From: Christensenella sp. UBA7571
GTDB lineage: Bacteria; Bacillota; Clostridia; Christensenellales; CAG-917
NCBI GenBank assembly: GCA_002476605.1
Contig: DLLD01000015.1
Span: 9,694 to 73,693, forward strand
Length of the DNA stretch: 64,000 nucleotides
Direction: 5' to 3'
The notes under the pieces were generated by a model, which ran no database searches, had not been told where the DNA came from, and saw nothing but the letters and a program-made list of their open reading frames with translations. Made by a program: the position numbers and the translations under genes. Numbering within the stretch: position 1 is the first letter of the stretch; every line of letters starts with the position of its first letter. This document shows positions 26,862-37,300 of this stretch, one piece after another.

Positions 26862-28757
26862 TTACTCTTCCGTATCGTTTTGGGGCTCGTCGATGAGCAT
26901 CGGTTTTCTCTTCTTTACGACTATCACGACGACGGTGATTATTGCCGCAAGCGCAATCGTAAGCCCTACGATGAGCATTGACAAGTCGAGAGGACGGAGT
27001 ATAAACGGCTTGACGACGGCGGTGAATTTGTATTGGAAATCGACTATCGAATTATCCCCGAAGCGTGCCGTGATATAATACGTGCCCGCTTTCTTTGGCG
27101 TGAAATCAAAGGTTGCGCCCGATGCTACGTACTCACCGTTGACGTACCACTTGGTCTCGATATCGGGGTCGAGATATTTTACGCCCGTAAGCGCAAAGGT
27201 CGTCGTTTCGGTAGTATAAAGCGTTGCGCTCGACGGCGCGATCGATACGTCTTCACCCGCTCTGCTTGCAAGAGTGACGCGCACTTCACCAACGTAATAT
27301 TTGCCGTATTCTACGTGCACTTGTTGATACGTTTCGAGATCGTAATAAGGCAATTTTGCTCTGACGATATAATCTCCGCCGCCCTCTGCGACGAAAGTTA
27401 CGCTCTTGCCTTTGCCGAGAGAATACTCGTCAATAACGGTAGTATCGTCCGCATTTTTTATCTTTTGCGCAACCCACTCGACGCTATTCTCGACCAAAGG
27501 ATCTACCGCACCGAGAGGAGCAAGTTGCACGTACAACTCGACGGGAGTTATTGCGTCCGCGCGCATATAAACCATATCGGTGTAATCACCCTCACCAAGC
27601 GTGCCGTTGTGAACGAGCGTCATTTCGGTAGGAGTCAAATATCCGAGGTTTACGTCGTCGAGATTTGCGCTTGCAACCGTCAAAAGATTGAGCGCGGGGA
27701 ACGTGTATGCGGGGCTAACGGAAGTCGCGCTTACGCTCACCGTCTTGGGGTAATTCATTTTGCAAACGAGTCTTGCAATCTTTCTTGCGTCGACGTCTCT
27801 TGCTTGCACTTTGCAGCGGAGTTTCAAAAGCGCGCTTGCAAAACTCACGCTACCCGCCGAAAGACTAGTGCCCGTTACGTTGTCATATTTGCTCTCGGCA
27901 TTGAAATCGTTGTAGCCTTTTGAGGTATAGATATCTTGTCCCGGGGCGCAAATGTCCGTCGTATCGTGATAGAAGGACGAAGCGTACAAATTGCCGTCGC
28001 TTCCTTGGTTGGCAACTGATATTACGTTTGGTAAAGAAGCGGGATAGAACGCTTGATTTCTGCTGTCCGAACTCGATTGTCTGTTGCCCGCCGCTGCCAC
28101 GATTACGGAAGTTTCGCTTGCCTTGGACACCGCCACTTCAAAGGCGTTGCGCAAGGACGATCCATTTTGACTATAATTCTTTTGCGGAAAACCGAGCGAC
28201 ATATTGATAACGTCCGCTTTTGCGTTGCTTTGCGCCCACTCCACCGCCTTGGTGAGGCTTGCAATGGTGAAGTTGCTGTCACCCTTATCCGCTTTTATAG
28301 GGTAAATCTTGATATAATCTTCAAGTCCGAACTCTTTTATAAGCATTGCGATAACGCCCGCAATTTCAGAACCGTGCTTGGTGGTATTGTCGGAGATATC
28401 CACGCTTCCGTCGGAGTTTACACCGTTCGTGTTGTATCCGAGCACTTCGCCTTTATCGTTTTTGGCAAGAACGTCGTCAAAAAGCTCGTGCGCGGTATCG
28501 ATACCCGTATCTATCACCGCAATGACGATAGGCTCGTTTATACGGCTCAAATCCCACGTATCAACGACGGCTTTTGCGCCTTGAACGTCCAAAAAACCGT
28601 CCTTGTAATAGGACAAATTTGCCGTGTCCTTTCCACCCCAACTCGTCGCATACGCAACGGACGGAGCGGGAATAAGCACGGCAAAAAGCACGCTTGTAAG
28701 TAGCACAAGCACCGCTATTATCGCAATTATTCTCTTATTTGCAAGAGTAAGTTTCAT
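26862..28757 (-). CDS. S8 family (subtilisin-like) serine peptidase with a C-terminal membrane anchor
   Basis: The catalytic triad motifs VIDTGID, HGSEIAGV and GTSLSAG are present. It has an N-terminal signal/TM segment and a C-terminal TM helix followed by KKRK. Confidence 0.88.
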   Translation of the reverse strand: MKLTLANKRIIAIIAVLVLLTSVLFAVLIPAPSVAYATSWGGKDTANLSYYKDGFLDVQGAKAVVDTWDLSRINEPIVIAVIDTGIDTAHELFDDVLAKNDKGEVLGYNTNGVNSDGSVDISDNTTKHGSEIAGVIAMLIKEFGLEDYIKIYPIKADKGDSNFTIASLTKAVEWAQSNAKADVINMSLGFPQKNYSQNGSSLRNAFEVAVSKASETSVIVAAAGNRQSSSDSRNQAFYPASLPNVISVANQGSDGNLYASSFYHDTTDICAPGQDIYTSKGYNDFNAESKYDNVTGTSLSAGSVSFASALLKLRCKVQARDVDARKIARLVCKMNYPKTVSVSATSVSPAYTFPALNLLTVASANLDDVNLGYLTPTEMTLVHNGTLGEGDYTDMVYMRADAITPVELYVQLAPLGAVDPLVENSVEWVAQKIKNADDTTVIDEYSLGKGKSVTFVAEGGGDYIVRAKLPYYDLETYQQVHVEYGKYYVGEVRVTLASRAGEDVSIAPSSATLYTTETTTFALTGVKYLDPDIETKWYVNGEYVASGATFDFTPKKAGTYYITARFGDNSIVDFQYKFTAVVKPFILRPLDLSMLIVGLTIALAAIITVVVIVVKKRKPMLIDEPQNDTEE

Positions 28758-28763
28758 TTTACG

Positions 28764-30209
28764 TTACGCCTTTTCGAGCAAGTCGAGCGAGTACGCAAGA
28801 CGGCGCATCGTCTCGTCTTTTTTGAGCACTACCGCCATTTCGATAGCACCGCCGGGGGTTACGGGTGCGCCCGTGAGCGCAACGCGCATAGAAAACATAA
28901 CTTGTCCGCTCTTGACGCCGACTTGTTCGGAATACGTCTTAATACGCTCTTTGATAGCGTCCGCGTTCCAATCCTCGAAGTCTTTGAGCGCGTCGATTGC
29001 GGTCTTGACCGCGACTTTTGCAACGTCCTTGTTGACCTTCATCTTTTGATGCTCGTACATACCAAGGTCGTACTCTCCGAATTGATTGAGGAAGGCAAGT
29101 TTTTCGGGAATTTCGCTCAAAATATCCACTCTCGTTTGCATAAGAGACGCAAGTTCCTTCACGTCGTAGTCTTTGCCGTCGATTGCCTTTTCAATCCAGC
29201 TCGTCGCAACTTTTTCAAACTCTTCGGGAGTCATTGCTTTGAGGTATTCGCCGTTGAGCCAACGCATCTTTGCCTCGTCGAAAATGGAACTGCTGTGAGA
29301 GATGCCGTCCGTGTCGAACTCCTCAATCATCTCTTGCATAGTCATTTTCTCTTTGTTGTTCTTGGGACACCAGCCCAAAAGCGCGATATAGTTCACCACC
29401 GCTTCGGGAAGATATCCTTTTGCGATAAAGTCCTCGAAGTTGGCGTCACCGAAACGCTTGGAAAGTTTGCGCGTGGCGTCTTTCATAATGGGCGGAAGGT
29501 GCATATATTTGGGTCTTTCCCAACCGAACGCGTCGTAAATGAGGTTGTATTTGGGGGTTGAGCTCAAATATTCCGTACCTCTGATGACGTGCGTGATGCC
29601 CATAAGATGGTCGTCAACGACGTTTGCGAAGTTATACGTGGGAAGTCCGTCGCTTTTAAGCAAAACGCCGTCTTCGATATCCGCGCTGTCTACGCTTATC
29701 TCGCCAAAGACCATATCCGTATAACTGGACACTACGCCCTCGGGCACTTTTTGTCTTATAACGTACGGTTCACCCGCCGCAAGGCGTCTTTGCACTTCCT
29801 CTTTGGAAAGATTGCGACAATGCTTGTCGTAGGTGTGCACGCCGTTGGCGTCTTTGAGGCTTTCAAGTCTCTCTTTGTCGCAGAAGCAGTAGTAAGCACC
29901 GCCGAGTTCGACGAGTTTTTCAGCATACTCTTTGTATATGCCCATACGCTCGGTTTGCACGTAAGGACCGTATCCGCCGTCTTTGTCCGGACCTTCGTCG
30001 TAGGTGATACCCGCAGTCGCAAGCGTGCGATACACCATCTCAACCGCGCCTTCGACCTTTCTTTCTTGGTCAGTGTCCTCTATACGCAAGATAAATTTAC
30101 CGCCGTTTTTGCGAGCATACAAAAAAGCGTACAATCCCGTGCGGAGATTGCCAATGTGCATAAATCCCGTCGGAGACGGAGCAAATCTCGTTCTAACCGT
30201 GTTACTCAT
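28764..30209 (-). CDS. gltX: glutamate--tRNA ligase
   Basis: It has RFAPSPTGFMHIGNLRT (HIGH-type) and KLSKR (KMSKS-type), and is 481 aa long. Confidence 0.92.
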   Translation of the reverse strand: MSNTVRTRFAPSPTGFMHIGNLRTGLYAFLYARKNGGKFILRIEDTDQERKVEGAVEMVYRTLATAGITYDEGPDKDGGYGPYVQTERMGIYKEYAEKLVELGGAYYCFCDKERLESLKDANGVHTYDKHCRNLSKEEVQRRLAAGEPYVIRQKVPEGVVSSYTDMVFGEISVDSADIEDGVLLKSDGLPTYNFANVVDDHLMGITHVIRGTEYLSSTPKYNLIYDAFGWERPKYMHLPPIMKDATRKLSKRFGDANFEDFIAKGYLPEAVVNYIALLGWCPKNNKEKMTMQEMIEEFDTDGISHSSSIFDEAKMRWLNGEYLKAMTPEEFEKVATSWIEKAIDGKDYDVKELASLMQTRVDILSEIPEKLAFLNQFGEYDLGMYEHQKMKVNKDVAKVAVKTAIDALKDFEDWNADAIKERIKTYSEQVGVKSGQVMFSMRVALTGAPVTPGGAIEMAVVLKKDETMRRLAYSLDLLEKA

Positions 30210-30933
30210 AAAAATTTATACCTTCTTTCAAACAGTTCTTTACGTTTTTGATTTTGTCGAGCATACCTTGCTCTTCAAACGAATAATAGCTTGCACCGCT
30301 AAACACGTAGTGGTCAAGAAGAGCAATTCCCATTGCCGAGAGCGTAGTATACAGCTCTTGCGTTACGTCCACGTCCTTTTGAGACGGTGAGGGATTTCCG
30401 CTTGGGTGATTGTGTGCGATAACCACGCTGCACGCCTTGTTTTTGAGTGCGAAATCGACGATGTTTCTCACGTTGAGTTCAACTGCGTCCGCACTTCCTT
30501 TTGCAAGGCATCTTGCGTCTACCAAGCCGTCTCTGGCGTCGAGCGCGATTGCGTATAATTCCTCTTCGCGCAAGCCGTAGAACTTGTTGCCGAGAAACTT
30601 GCGTATCTCGCCTCTGCCTTTGAGCGTTTGCTTTTCACCCTCGCAATCTTGCATATATCTACGCAAAATCTCGGGCAAACACGCAATAAACAACGATGCG
30701 TTTTGCGTCATTCCGGCAACTTCGTTCAACCTCTTTTCGTCGGCGTTAAGAACCCCCGCCAAAGAGCCGAATTTGTCGATAAGCGCGTGCGCTATCTCGT
30801 TTGTGTCTTTTCTGGGCACGAACGCGTACAAAAGATATTCCAAAATCTCGTGTTCTTCCAAAGTTGCAATACCGCTCTTGCGTATGCGTGCGCGCATACG
30901 TTCGCGGTGACCTTCGTGTACTTGTTTAGCCAT
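30202..30933 (-). CDS. radC: RadC-like JAB/MPN domain protein
   Basis: It has the JAMM motif VIAHNHPSGNPSPSQKD and an N-terminal HhH-like region. It overlaps gltX by 8 nt. Confidence 0.85.
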   Translation of the reverse strand: MAKQVHEGHRERMRARIRKSGIATLEEHEILEYLLYAFVPRKDTNEIAHALIDKFGSLAGVLNADEKRLNEVAGMTQNASLFIACLPEILRRYMQDCEGEKQTLKGRGEIRKFLGNKFYGLREEELYAIALDARDGLVDARCLAKGSADAVELNVRNIVDFALKNKACSVVIAHNHPSGNPSPSQKDVDVTQELYTTLSAMGIALLDHYVFSGASYYSFEEQGMLDKIKNVKNCLKEGINFYE

Positions 30934-30990
30934 TTTAGTTCGTAGGGCAACGCTTTTGCGTTGCTATCCTCTTTCGTCTTATTCAAACGC

Positions 30991-31407
30991 TTACAGTTCC
31001 GGATATTCCTTAAAGACGGTCTCGTCCAACTTAACGAGACGTATAAGCACGTTTAGAGCGTCGTTTTCGTCCTTAAATCCGTAGGTTTTGCCGATAACCT
31101 TCCACGCTCCGTACGCGTGCAAAAAGTCGTACCAAAAATAACACTCGTCTTGAAGTTGGAAAATTTCGAGAAAACTGAAAGACTCGTATTTGCTCCAACG
31201 TTTAAGCACGTCGATGAGCGCGTTGACCTCTTCGTTGTCGTCGTAGCGCGCGTGGATAAATTGAAGCATATACTTCTTGACCTCTTTCGAGAATGTCATA
31301 ACGCCTTGTTTGGCGTTTTCGATGTCCTTTATGATCGCGGCGATTTCGGGATCGTCGCTGTGTTTTTTGAGGACTTTCTGGCACGGAAATGCAAATGCGT
31401 TCGTCAT
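30991..31407 (-). CDS. hypothetical protein (138 aa)
   Basis: This is the only long ORF in the interval and is co-oriented with its neighbours. I recognise no motif. Confidence 0.45.
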   Translation of the reverse strand: MTNAFAFPCQKVLKKHSDDPEIAAIIKDIENAKQGVMTFSKEVKKYMLQFIHARYDDNEEVNALIDVLKRWSKYESFSFLEIFQLQDECYFWYDFLHAYGAWKVIGKTYGFKDENDALNVLIRLVKLDETVFKEYPEL

Positions 31408-31493
31408 AATGGTTAATATTATAAACTAAACTAGTTTATAAATCAAGGCGTATTGCACATTTGCGGTTTTTTCACGCTATTCAAAACGTAAAA

Positions 31494-31533
31494 TTAAAAA
31501 ACGGACGGACGCTTTTTGCAAGTCGTCCGTCCG
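31494..31533 (-). terminator. rho-independent terminator of the 1060-aa lipoprotein gene
   Basis: A 10-bp stem (CGGACGGACG ... CGTCCGTCCG) is followed on the minus strand by TTTTTT. Confidence 0.75.
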
Positions 31534-31606
31534 CTCGTACGTCGTTTATCTATCGTCTAACGCGCTTATAAACGCTTCGGTATTCCAATAAGCCGGATAA
31601 TGCTTC

Positions 31607-34600
31607 TTACAGATAAAAATCAAATCGTATCGACGCTCCGTCTTTGTCGTAGACGTATCCGTCGTTCTTAAAATCGTTAAACGTATAATTCTCGGGCACG
31701 TCAAACAAACCGTTCCAAAACGCCTCTTGTTTTTCTCGTGAAAGATTTTCAAAGTCTTCTCTACTCGCCATAAAGGCAAAAGTAAAGTTATTCAACTTGT
31801 CGCCTTTCAAGTTCAAATTGATGCTTTGGACGTTGAGGTCGTTCAATATTATACCGAACAATTGCGTTCCCGATATATTCAACAATCCCAAATTTACAAC
31901 GATAGACGCGTTGTCGAGCCTATCGTAAGCGACGTAACGGATATTTGCAAACGAATATTTGTCGTAATCCGCATTATCCAAGAACGCTTGGTCTATCGTT
32001 ACGGTAGGAATCGTGCCGTCTTCCCCTGCCGGATACGGTGGCAACGCAATGACGATTTCGGACGATCCGAAATTGGGCAATTGCAGTCCGTCTTTGGAAC
32101 AAATCTTGCCGTCCACCATACTAAACAACGGTGAATTGCCGGTGAGCGTTATGGAGTTGACCGTATAGGAAATGACGCTTCCGTCGTTGAAGAATTTCGG
32201 CGTCCAACTAAACAAGCCCGCGTCGGACGGTTCTATAACCGACTTCAACACGCCGCTATACGTTCCGTTTTGGACGTGATAATATTTGTAGTTTTGCGGA
32301 ATAACTATTTCTGTTATTTTATTGACGGTGAAAATTTGCATATTTTGCGGTTCTAATGCGTTGCAATCGGTTGGCAAAGCGAGAGTGCCGCCACAACTTC
32401 CCGTCTCGTCTATATATCCGAGCAAGAGCTTGCCGTCTTTTACCCAATAATCGGAAATAAGCACGCTCTCTTGGCAATCCGTTTGTGCAAACTCGTATTG
32501 AACGCTACCGTTTGCGTTTTTCCAACCGTTTTCTTTTATCGTCTCGTAATCGTTGCCGAAAATTCTATACGCGTACGGATAATTTTCGGTTTTTTCCATA
32601 GTTTCTTGCGTTTTCGGAAGTTTCACGATATAGCAAGGAGAAGTGAAAACATAATCGTCTCCGCACCAAATCTTGTTGTCGGTAGAGGGTCTGTCCGTGT
32701 CTTTGCCGGTCGCACCGTCCGTTCCGCTGTTTGCAGAACCGCTACCCGACGCTTCGTATCTGACGGGAGTAGGATTGAATTTGAGAGAGAGGAATTTTGC
32801 CGTAGGATTCAAAACGATTTCAACTGCGGAATAATCGTCAACGTTTATCTCTTCTTCAACGGCAATATTCGCATAGTTTCCGTCGACGGTCACATTATTT
32901 ATTTTGCCGTTGACGTTGTCGAATACGTTATACGCGGATATATCCAATTCCGTCGTGCTGTCTTTGATAAGTTTAACGTCTCCGCCGACGCTAACGCTAT
33001 CAAATATAGTATCTATCTCCGCCGATGCCAAAACGAATTTGTAACCGTTGGAAACTATTTTAAGCTCTCCGATCGAAATTCCGTTCAAACGATCTTTGAT
33101 AGTACCGCCGTTAACGAGATTTGCAATTCTGATCGTGAGTCGATTTGCCGTGTCGTATTTGTCACCGACAGTGTCTTGTTGCGTTTTAAGAGGTTCGGGA
33201 GCGTTGCCGAAATGAATTTCAAGAGTATTCAAGTCCAATTGCCATTTTGCAACGAAATCACAAACGGTGCTTATATCGTACTTGAAAGTTATCTCACCAT
33301 CCGAGCCCAAACTCGTCGGATAATACTTTTTGCTTGCGCTCGCAATCAAGGTTTTTACGCTACCGGAGTTTTTGAAACCGCGATTGTTTACGGCAAAATT
33401 ATCGTCCAATTCCACACCACTTAAATCGTAAACTTCCGTGTTTTTGTCAAACAAATAAAACGCTTTGCCGTCGCTCGTTGCAAGTGTGCCGGACTTTTCG
33501 TCGGTCTTAAACAACGGAGAATACGACGTGATACTTTCAAGATTGTACTCCGCGTTGCCATTGCTTATATAAGGACTAAATTCGTTGCTATCCGCTATTT
33601 CCCAACGGTTAGATACGAGTTTTTTGACTTGTTCGCAAGAAGACGGTATTACGAGATTTTTGACCGTTCCCGTGTTGTCTACGATACGAAATTCGCTTGA
33701 TATCGCCACCACTCCGTCGGGAATCGTTACGGTTTCCGCGGGCGTAACGTTTTTGGTCGCGAAATCGCAACCCGTCAAAACGTTGTTCTCGTATACCCAA
33801 GGAGAGCCGTCCTCTTCACTCTTGCCCGATTGCTCCGCCCAAAGGTTGAGAATTTTGTCAAGATCGTCTTTTGCAAGCGAAATCGAGTTGCGCGACGCAA
33901 CGTTTCTAAAATAATCTTTGTCTACGTAGTCGTAAAGAATGTCGAGATTTGACGACAATTTTTCGCACTCTTGCGCGCTTGCGCTTGCCGTGATTTGCTT
34001 AGTGTCTCGTTTGAGATCTCCGTTCGCCCACGCAAAGCTATTGAGGCTTTCGTCTGACAAAACGCCGTAGGCAAACTTGTTTTGGTTGTCACCGTACGCA
34101 AACGTAACACTCTCGTTTTCTCCCGTTATGGAAATCATAGAAAAGCCGTAATTGCTTTCACTGACGTAATACAAATCCACGAACGAAAATGCTTCCTTTC
34201 TTACGTTCACTTCGCTCGTCCCTTCTATTTGAGTGACAGTTTGAGGATAATATACGAGTTGGAAAACGTGATTACCGTCTTTTTCGGCAACGTAATAGCT
34301 GTCCGCGTTTTGCTTCTCGTTCAAAATTTTGACGGTTTTTCCGTAAAAAGAACTTTCTCCTTTTATTCTCGTGATGCCGTCTCCGATCTGTTTTGCAAGC
34401 GAAAACGACGATGAAAACGCGTTTTTATAAACGGAATACATCTCGGGCATCGCTTCGGGAACGAAGCCGTTTTGCTCGTCTTGGGACAAAGCGTCCATCA
34501 TCGTTTTTACGGCGTCTGCCATTCCCGTTATGGAGTTGTTTCCCTTATAAGCGGACTTACATATTTGGATGCTTGACGACGTCGTTGCGCCCTCCGTCTT

Positions 34601-34789
34601 GAACAAAGCGTTCTCCAATTTTGCGATAGTTTCGTAAAAATCCTTGTACTCGGCGTTCTTTTCAAAAACGTCGACTTTTGGCAATTCGTCGTCCGGATTA
34701 TCGCCGGATTTCGAGCAAGATACTAGCACCGAAGCGCACGTAATCGCAACCAAGCAAATTGCCAAAATCGCAACAAATTTTCTTTTCAT
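31607..34789 (-). CDS. large hypothetical lipoprotein (1060 aa)
   Basis: It has a lipoprotein signal (LVAITCASVLVSC) and a long Asn/Ser/Thr/Asp-rich extracytoplasmic body. Its GC content looks lower than the flanks. I recognise no family. Confidence 0.6.
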   Translation of the reverse strand: MKRKFVAILAICLVAITCASVLVSCSKSGDNPDDELPKVDVFEKNAEYKDFYETIAKLENALFKTEGATTSSSIQICKSAYKGNNSITGMADAVKTMMDALSQDEQNGFVPEAMPEMYSVYKNAFSSSFSLAKQIGDGITRIKGESSFYGKTVKILNEKQNADSYYVAEKDGNHVFQLVYYPQTVTQIEGTSEVNVRKEAFSFVDLYYVSESNYGFSMISITGENESVTFAYGDNQNKFAYGVLSDESLNSFAWANGDLKRDTKQITASASAQECEKLSSNLDILYDYVDKDYFRNVASRNSISLAKDDLDKILNLWAEQSGKSEEDGSPWVYENNVLTGCDFATKNVTPAETVTIPDGVVAISSEFRIVDNTGTVKNLVIPSSCEQVKKLVSNRWEIADSNEFSPYISNGNAEYNLESITSYSPLFKTDEKSGTLATSDGKAFYLFDKNTEVYDLSGVELDDNFAVNNRGFKNSGSVKTLIASASKKYYPTSLGSDGEITFKYDISTVCDFVAKWQLDLNTLEIHFGNAPEPLKTQQDTVGDKYDTANRLTIRIANLVNGGTIKDRLNGISIGELKIVSNGYKFVLASAEIDTIFDSVSVGGDVKLIKDSTTELDISAYNVFDNVNGKINNVTVDGNYANIAVEEEINVDDYSAVEIVLNPTAKFLSLKFNPTPVRYEASGSGSANSGTDGATGKDTDRPSTDNKIWCGDDYVFTSPCYIVKLPKTQETMEKTENYPYAYRIFGNDYETIKENGWKNANGSVQYEFAQTDCQESVLISDYWVKDGKLLLGYIDETGSCGGTLALPTDCNALEPQNMQIFTVNKITEIVIPQNYKYYHVQNGTYSGVLKSVIEPSDAGLFSWTPKFFNDGSVISYTVNSITLTGNSPLFSMVDGKICSKDGLQLPNFGSSEIVIALPPYPAGEDGTIPTVTIDQAFLDNADYDKYSFANIRYVAYDRLDNASIVVNLGLLNISGTQLFGIILNDLNVQSINLNLKGDKLNNFTFAFMASREDFENLSREKQEAFWNGLFDVPENYTFNDFKNDGYVYDKDGASIRFDFYL

Positions 34790-35071
34790 TTATGCTCTCC
34801 TAAATAATATTTTAAGCAAAATCCCCCTAACGAACAAAAATAGACCAAGGCTTTACCCTGATCTGTAAAACGGCAACACAAACGCTACCAAATTCATCGA
34901 AAATTTTCAGAAGAAGGCAAGATTCAAATCTTTTAGACCATTTTTGTTTGCGTGATTTATACTTTTGACGGACACATTGTAGCATATCTTTTTCGTCGTT
35001 TCAACGATTTTGAATTTATAATTTGAAAAAAATTATAACTTATATCGTTGCGCCACGCTCTTTTATTCCGT

Positions 35072-35854
35072 TTACGAGGCAAAACGGCATATTCCGTCCG
35101 CGATAACGCTTGCCATTCTATACTGATACTCGGGCAAAACCAAGTTCCTTTCGTCGGCAAAATTGCTCAAAAACCCACATTCTACGATGACGGACGGATA
35201 TGGGCTACATTCAAGAAGATACTTTTGCGCACACAACGGAGAATACTCCCGTCCGCCGTCCGCAAGATTGATTTTGGCGTTGAGAATCGATTGTAAAACA
35301 GTTGCAAGCCTTGCACCGTCTTCGCTTTTTTTGTTGAAAAACACTTGCGCGCCTCTACGCGTGGGTGCGGAATAAAAATTTTGATGTATGCTGATCACCG
35401 CAAACGGCTTTGCCTCGTTGATTATCTCCCCTCGCTTGAACATATCCGCACGCTTTTTGTTGTTTTTTACGCCCTCGAACTCGTGCATAGCGTCGTTGCG
35501 ACGCGTGTAGACAACGGTGTATCCGCGCGCTTTTAGAATTTCACCCAAGTAGAACGCTATTTTGAGGTTGACCGTCTTCTCCTCAACACCGGTTTTGACT
35601 CCCGACACTCCCGAATCTATACCGCCGTGCCCCGCGTCTATCACAATCGTGGACTCGTGCGCCTTTTCCGTGTTTACGGCGTTGATTATAAAGGGTGCGG
35701 AGGCGCAATACGCCACCAAAAGCACCGTTAAAACGATTACGATAAGTTTTGAATATTCTTTTTTGTTTCGACTCTTTTCGACACGCATATAGTTACAAAA
35801 GCAATTATATTCACGGCGGCATAAAAATACGTGTTTTTCCACAAAGTTATCCAC
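35072..35854 (-). CDS. cwlD: N-acetylmuramoyl-L-alanine amidase, CwlD-like
   Basis: It has the Amidase_3 motif VIDAGHGGIDSG, an N-terminal TM segment and a GAGG RBS before the ATG at 35854. Confidence 0.8.
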   Translation of the reverse strand: MDNFVEKHVFLCRREYNCFCNYMRVEKSRNKKEYSKLIVIVLTVLLVAYCASAPFIINAVNTEKAHESTIVIDAGHGGIDSGVSGVKTGVEEKTVNLKIAFYLGEILKARGYTVVYTRRNDAMHEFEGVKNNKKRADMFKRGEIINEAKPFAVISIHQNFYSAPTRRGAQVFFNKKSEDGARLATVLQSILNAKINLADGGREYSPLCAQKYLLECSPYPSVIVECGFLSNFADERNLVLPEYQYRMASVIADGICRFAS

Positions 35855-36073
35855 ATTTTGACCTCAAATTGTGGACAACTCGGTGGATAACCCCGTTTTG
35901 AGCGAAATTTTCACCTCGTTAGAACACCGCTTTTTTGATAGGATTTTTGCGGTATTCTGCGTGCATTTTTCGGCGTAATTCGACAATTTTCGTAAATCTA
36001 TCCCGCCGTGTTTTTCGTCCTTGTCCGTCATATCGCAAAAGATATTCGCATACGCTTTTTCGAGGTGTAAATT

Positions 36074-37030
36074 ATGGCTCAATTTTCTCAATTGCAAAAC
36101 AAACCCGTGCTTGAAAGAGACTCGTCCAATATCGTCGGGCGCATAAAAAATGCATATTTTTCGCAAGGATGCAAATGCATCGTATATTTGGTTATGAATA
36201 GTTGCAAAAACGGTGAGGAAACGCTTATACCGTTTGACGACGTTTTGTCTTTTAAGGACGCAATCGTCGTGCAAAATTCCGTAAACTTCAAAAGTGCGCA
36301 AGATATAGACTTCACCGCTTTTACAGCGGGAATTATGGATATGCCGATATACACGCAAGCGGGCGTATTAAAAGGCAACGTGAGCGAAATCGAGTTTTCT
36401 CAAAGCGGAAAAGTGAGCAAAATATGCACGGAAACGGAGCAATTTTCACCCTCCGCAATACTCTCGGCGGGCAACGCGATAATATTGAAAGGCGCACCCA
36501 AAACGCCAAAGGCAAAACCCGCAAAAATTCCTCGTCCGAGCGTCGAAACGCTTGCCGTAATAGAAACCGACGATCTATCCGTACAAAACGACGCCACAAA
36601 GGTGAATATCGCAAGAGATATTTTCGTTAATACACAAAACGATAACTCCGACGGCACGACGAACGATATGTCGAATACGCAAATAGCAAAAACTGCAACC
36701 GACGCCAAACCCGACTATATTATGCAAAACGCAATATTGCACACCGCCCCGCCCGCAGTGTTCGTATCGGGCAATTCTCCTCTTTTTACGAAAGACGCGT
36801 TTGACACAATCGTCGGTGAGGAAAGCGAATACGAGGACACGCACACGCCTACGCGCGTTATATGCGATTACGAATTTCTTCTGGGCAGAGTGCTCGGACA
36901 AGACCTATATACGTATGCAAACGTGCCTATTGCCAAGAAAGGCGATATCGTCACGGACGAACTGGTAAGCAAAGCCCGCCTTGCAGGCAAACTTGTCGAA
37001 CTCACGTTAAATAGCATAAAACAAGAGTGA
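36074..37030 (+). CDS. PRC-barrel domain protein (YlmC/YmxH-like N-terminus, extended C-terminus)
   Basis: The N-terminal pattern LQNKPVLERDSSNIVGRIKNAYF...LIPFDDVLSFKDAIVV is PRC-barrel-like, and a second similar module follows. Confidence 0.6.
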   Translation: MAQFSQLQNKPVLERDSSNIVGRIKNAYFSQGCKCIVYLVMNSCKNGEETLIPFDDVLSFKDAIVVQNSVNFKSAQDIDFTAFTAGIMDMPIYTQAGVLKGNVSEIEFSQSGKVSKICTETEQFSPSAILSAGNAIILKGAPKTPKAKPAKIPRPSVETLAVIETDDLSVQNDATKVNIARDIFVNTQNDNSDGTTNDMSNTQIAKTATDAKPDYIMQNAILHTAPPAVFVSGNSPLFTKDAFDTIVGEESEYEDTHTPTRVICDYEFLLGRVLGQDLYTYANVPIAKKGDIVTDELVSKARLAGKLVELTLNSIKQE

Positions 37031-37076
37031 TAATTTGGATATTTTATATAAATAATATATAGATAATAAAATAATA

Positions 37077-37110
37077 GTTGATGTGGTTTGAAAGAGCCGC
37101 ATCAACTTTT
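37077..37110 (+). terminator. rho-independent terminator of the PRC-barrel gene
   Basis: The sequence is GTTGATGTGG-(10 nt)-CCGCATCAAC-TTTT. Confidence 0.65.
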
Positions 37111-37172
37111 AAATTGAGAATTTTTGAAAAGTTGTGATAAATAGATGGTTTTATTGACGCGACTGTAAGTCG

Positions 37173-37283
37173 CACCAAATAAACGCATAATGCGAAAGCG
37201 CCACGATTTGGCAACCCTAACCGTACAAATGCGTACGTGAGTTGTCAAATCGTGGCGCTGACAAAATTAGGCGTTATTTGGTG
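37173..37283 (-). repeat. Family B extended-hairpin module (variant with ATGCGAAAGC arm)
   Basis: P1 is CACCAAATAAACGC/GCGTTATTTGGTG. The outer stem is 37198-37210/37246-37258. The core is CAAC-CCTAAC-[CGTAC..GTACG]-TGA-GTTG. Strand was assigned from the U-rich tract that follows the hairpin on the minus strand. Confidence 0.7.
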
Positions 37284-37300
37284 TGACTTGGAAAGCCGTG

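Noticed and set aside
30202-31407. RadC plus an adjacent hypothetical gene as part of a mobile or anti-restriction island.
   Set aside because: radC overlaps gltX by 8 nt, which suggests a housekeeping operon. No integrase, repeat boundaries or clear compositional shift were seen.
35864-36358. A 164-aa minus-strand ORF overlapping the start of the PRC-barrel gene.
   Set aside because: It has no RBS or recognisable motif and overlaps 285 nt of the better-supported plus-strand gene. It most likely includes intergenic read-through.
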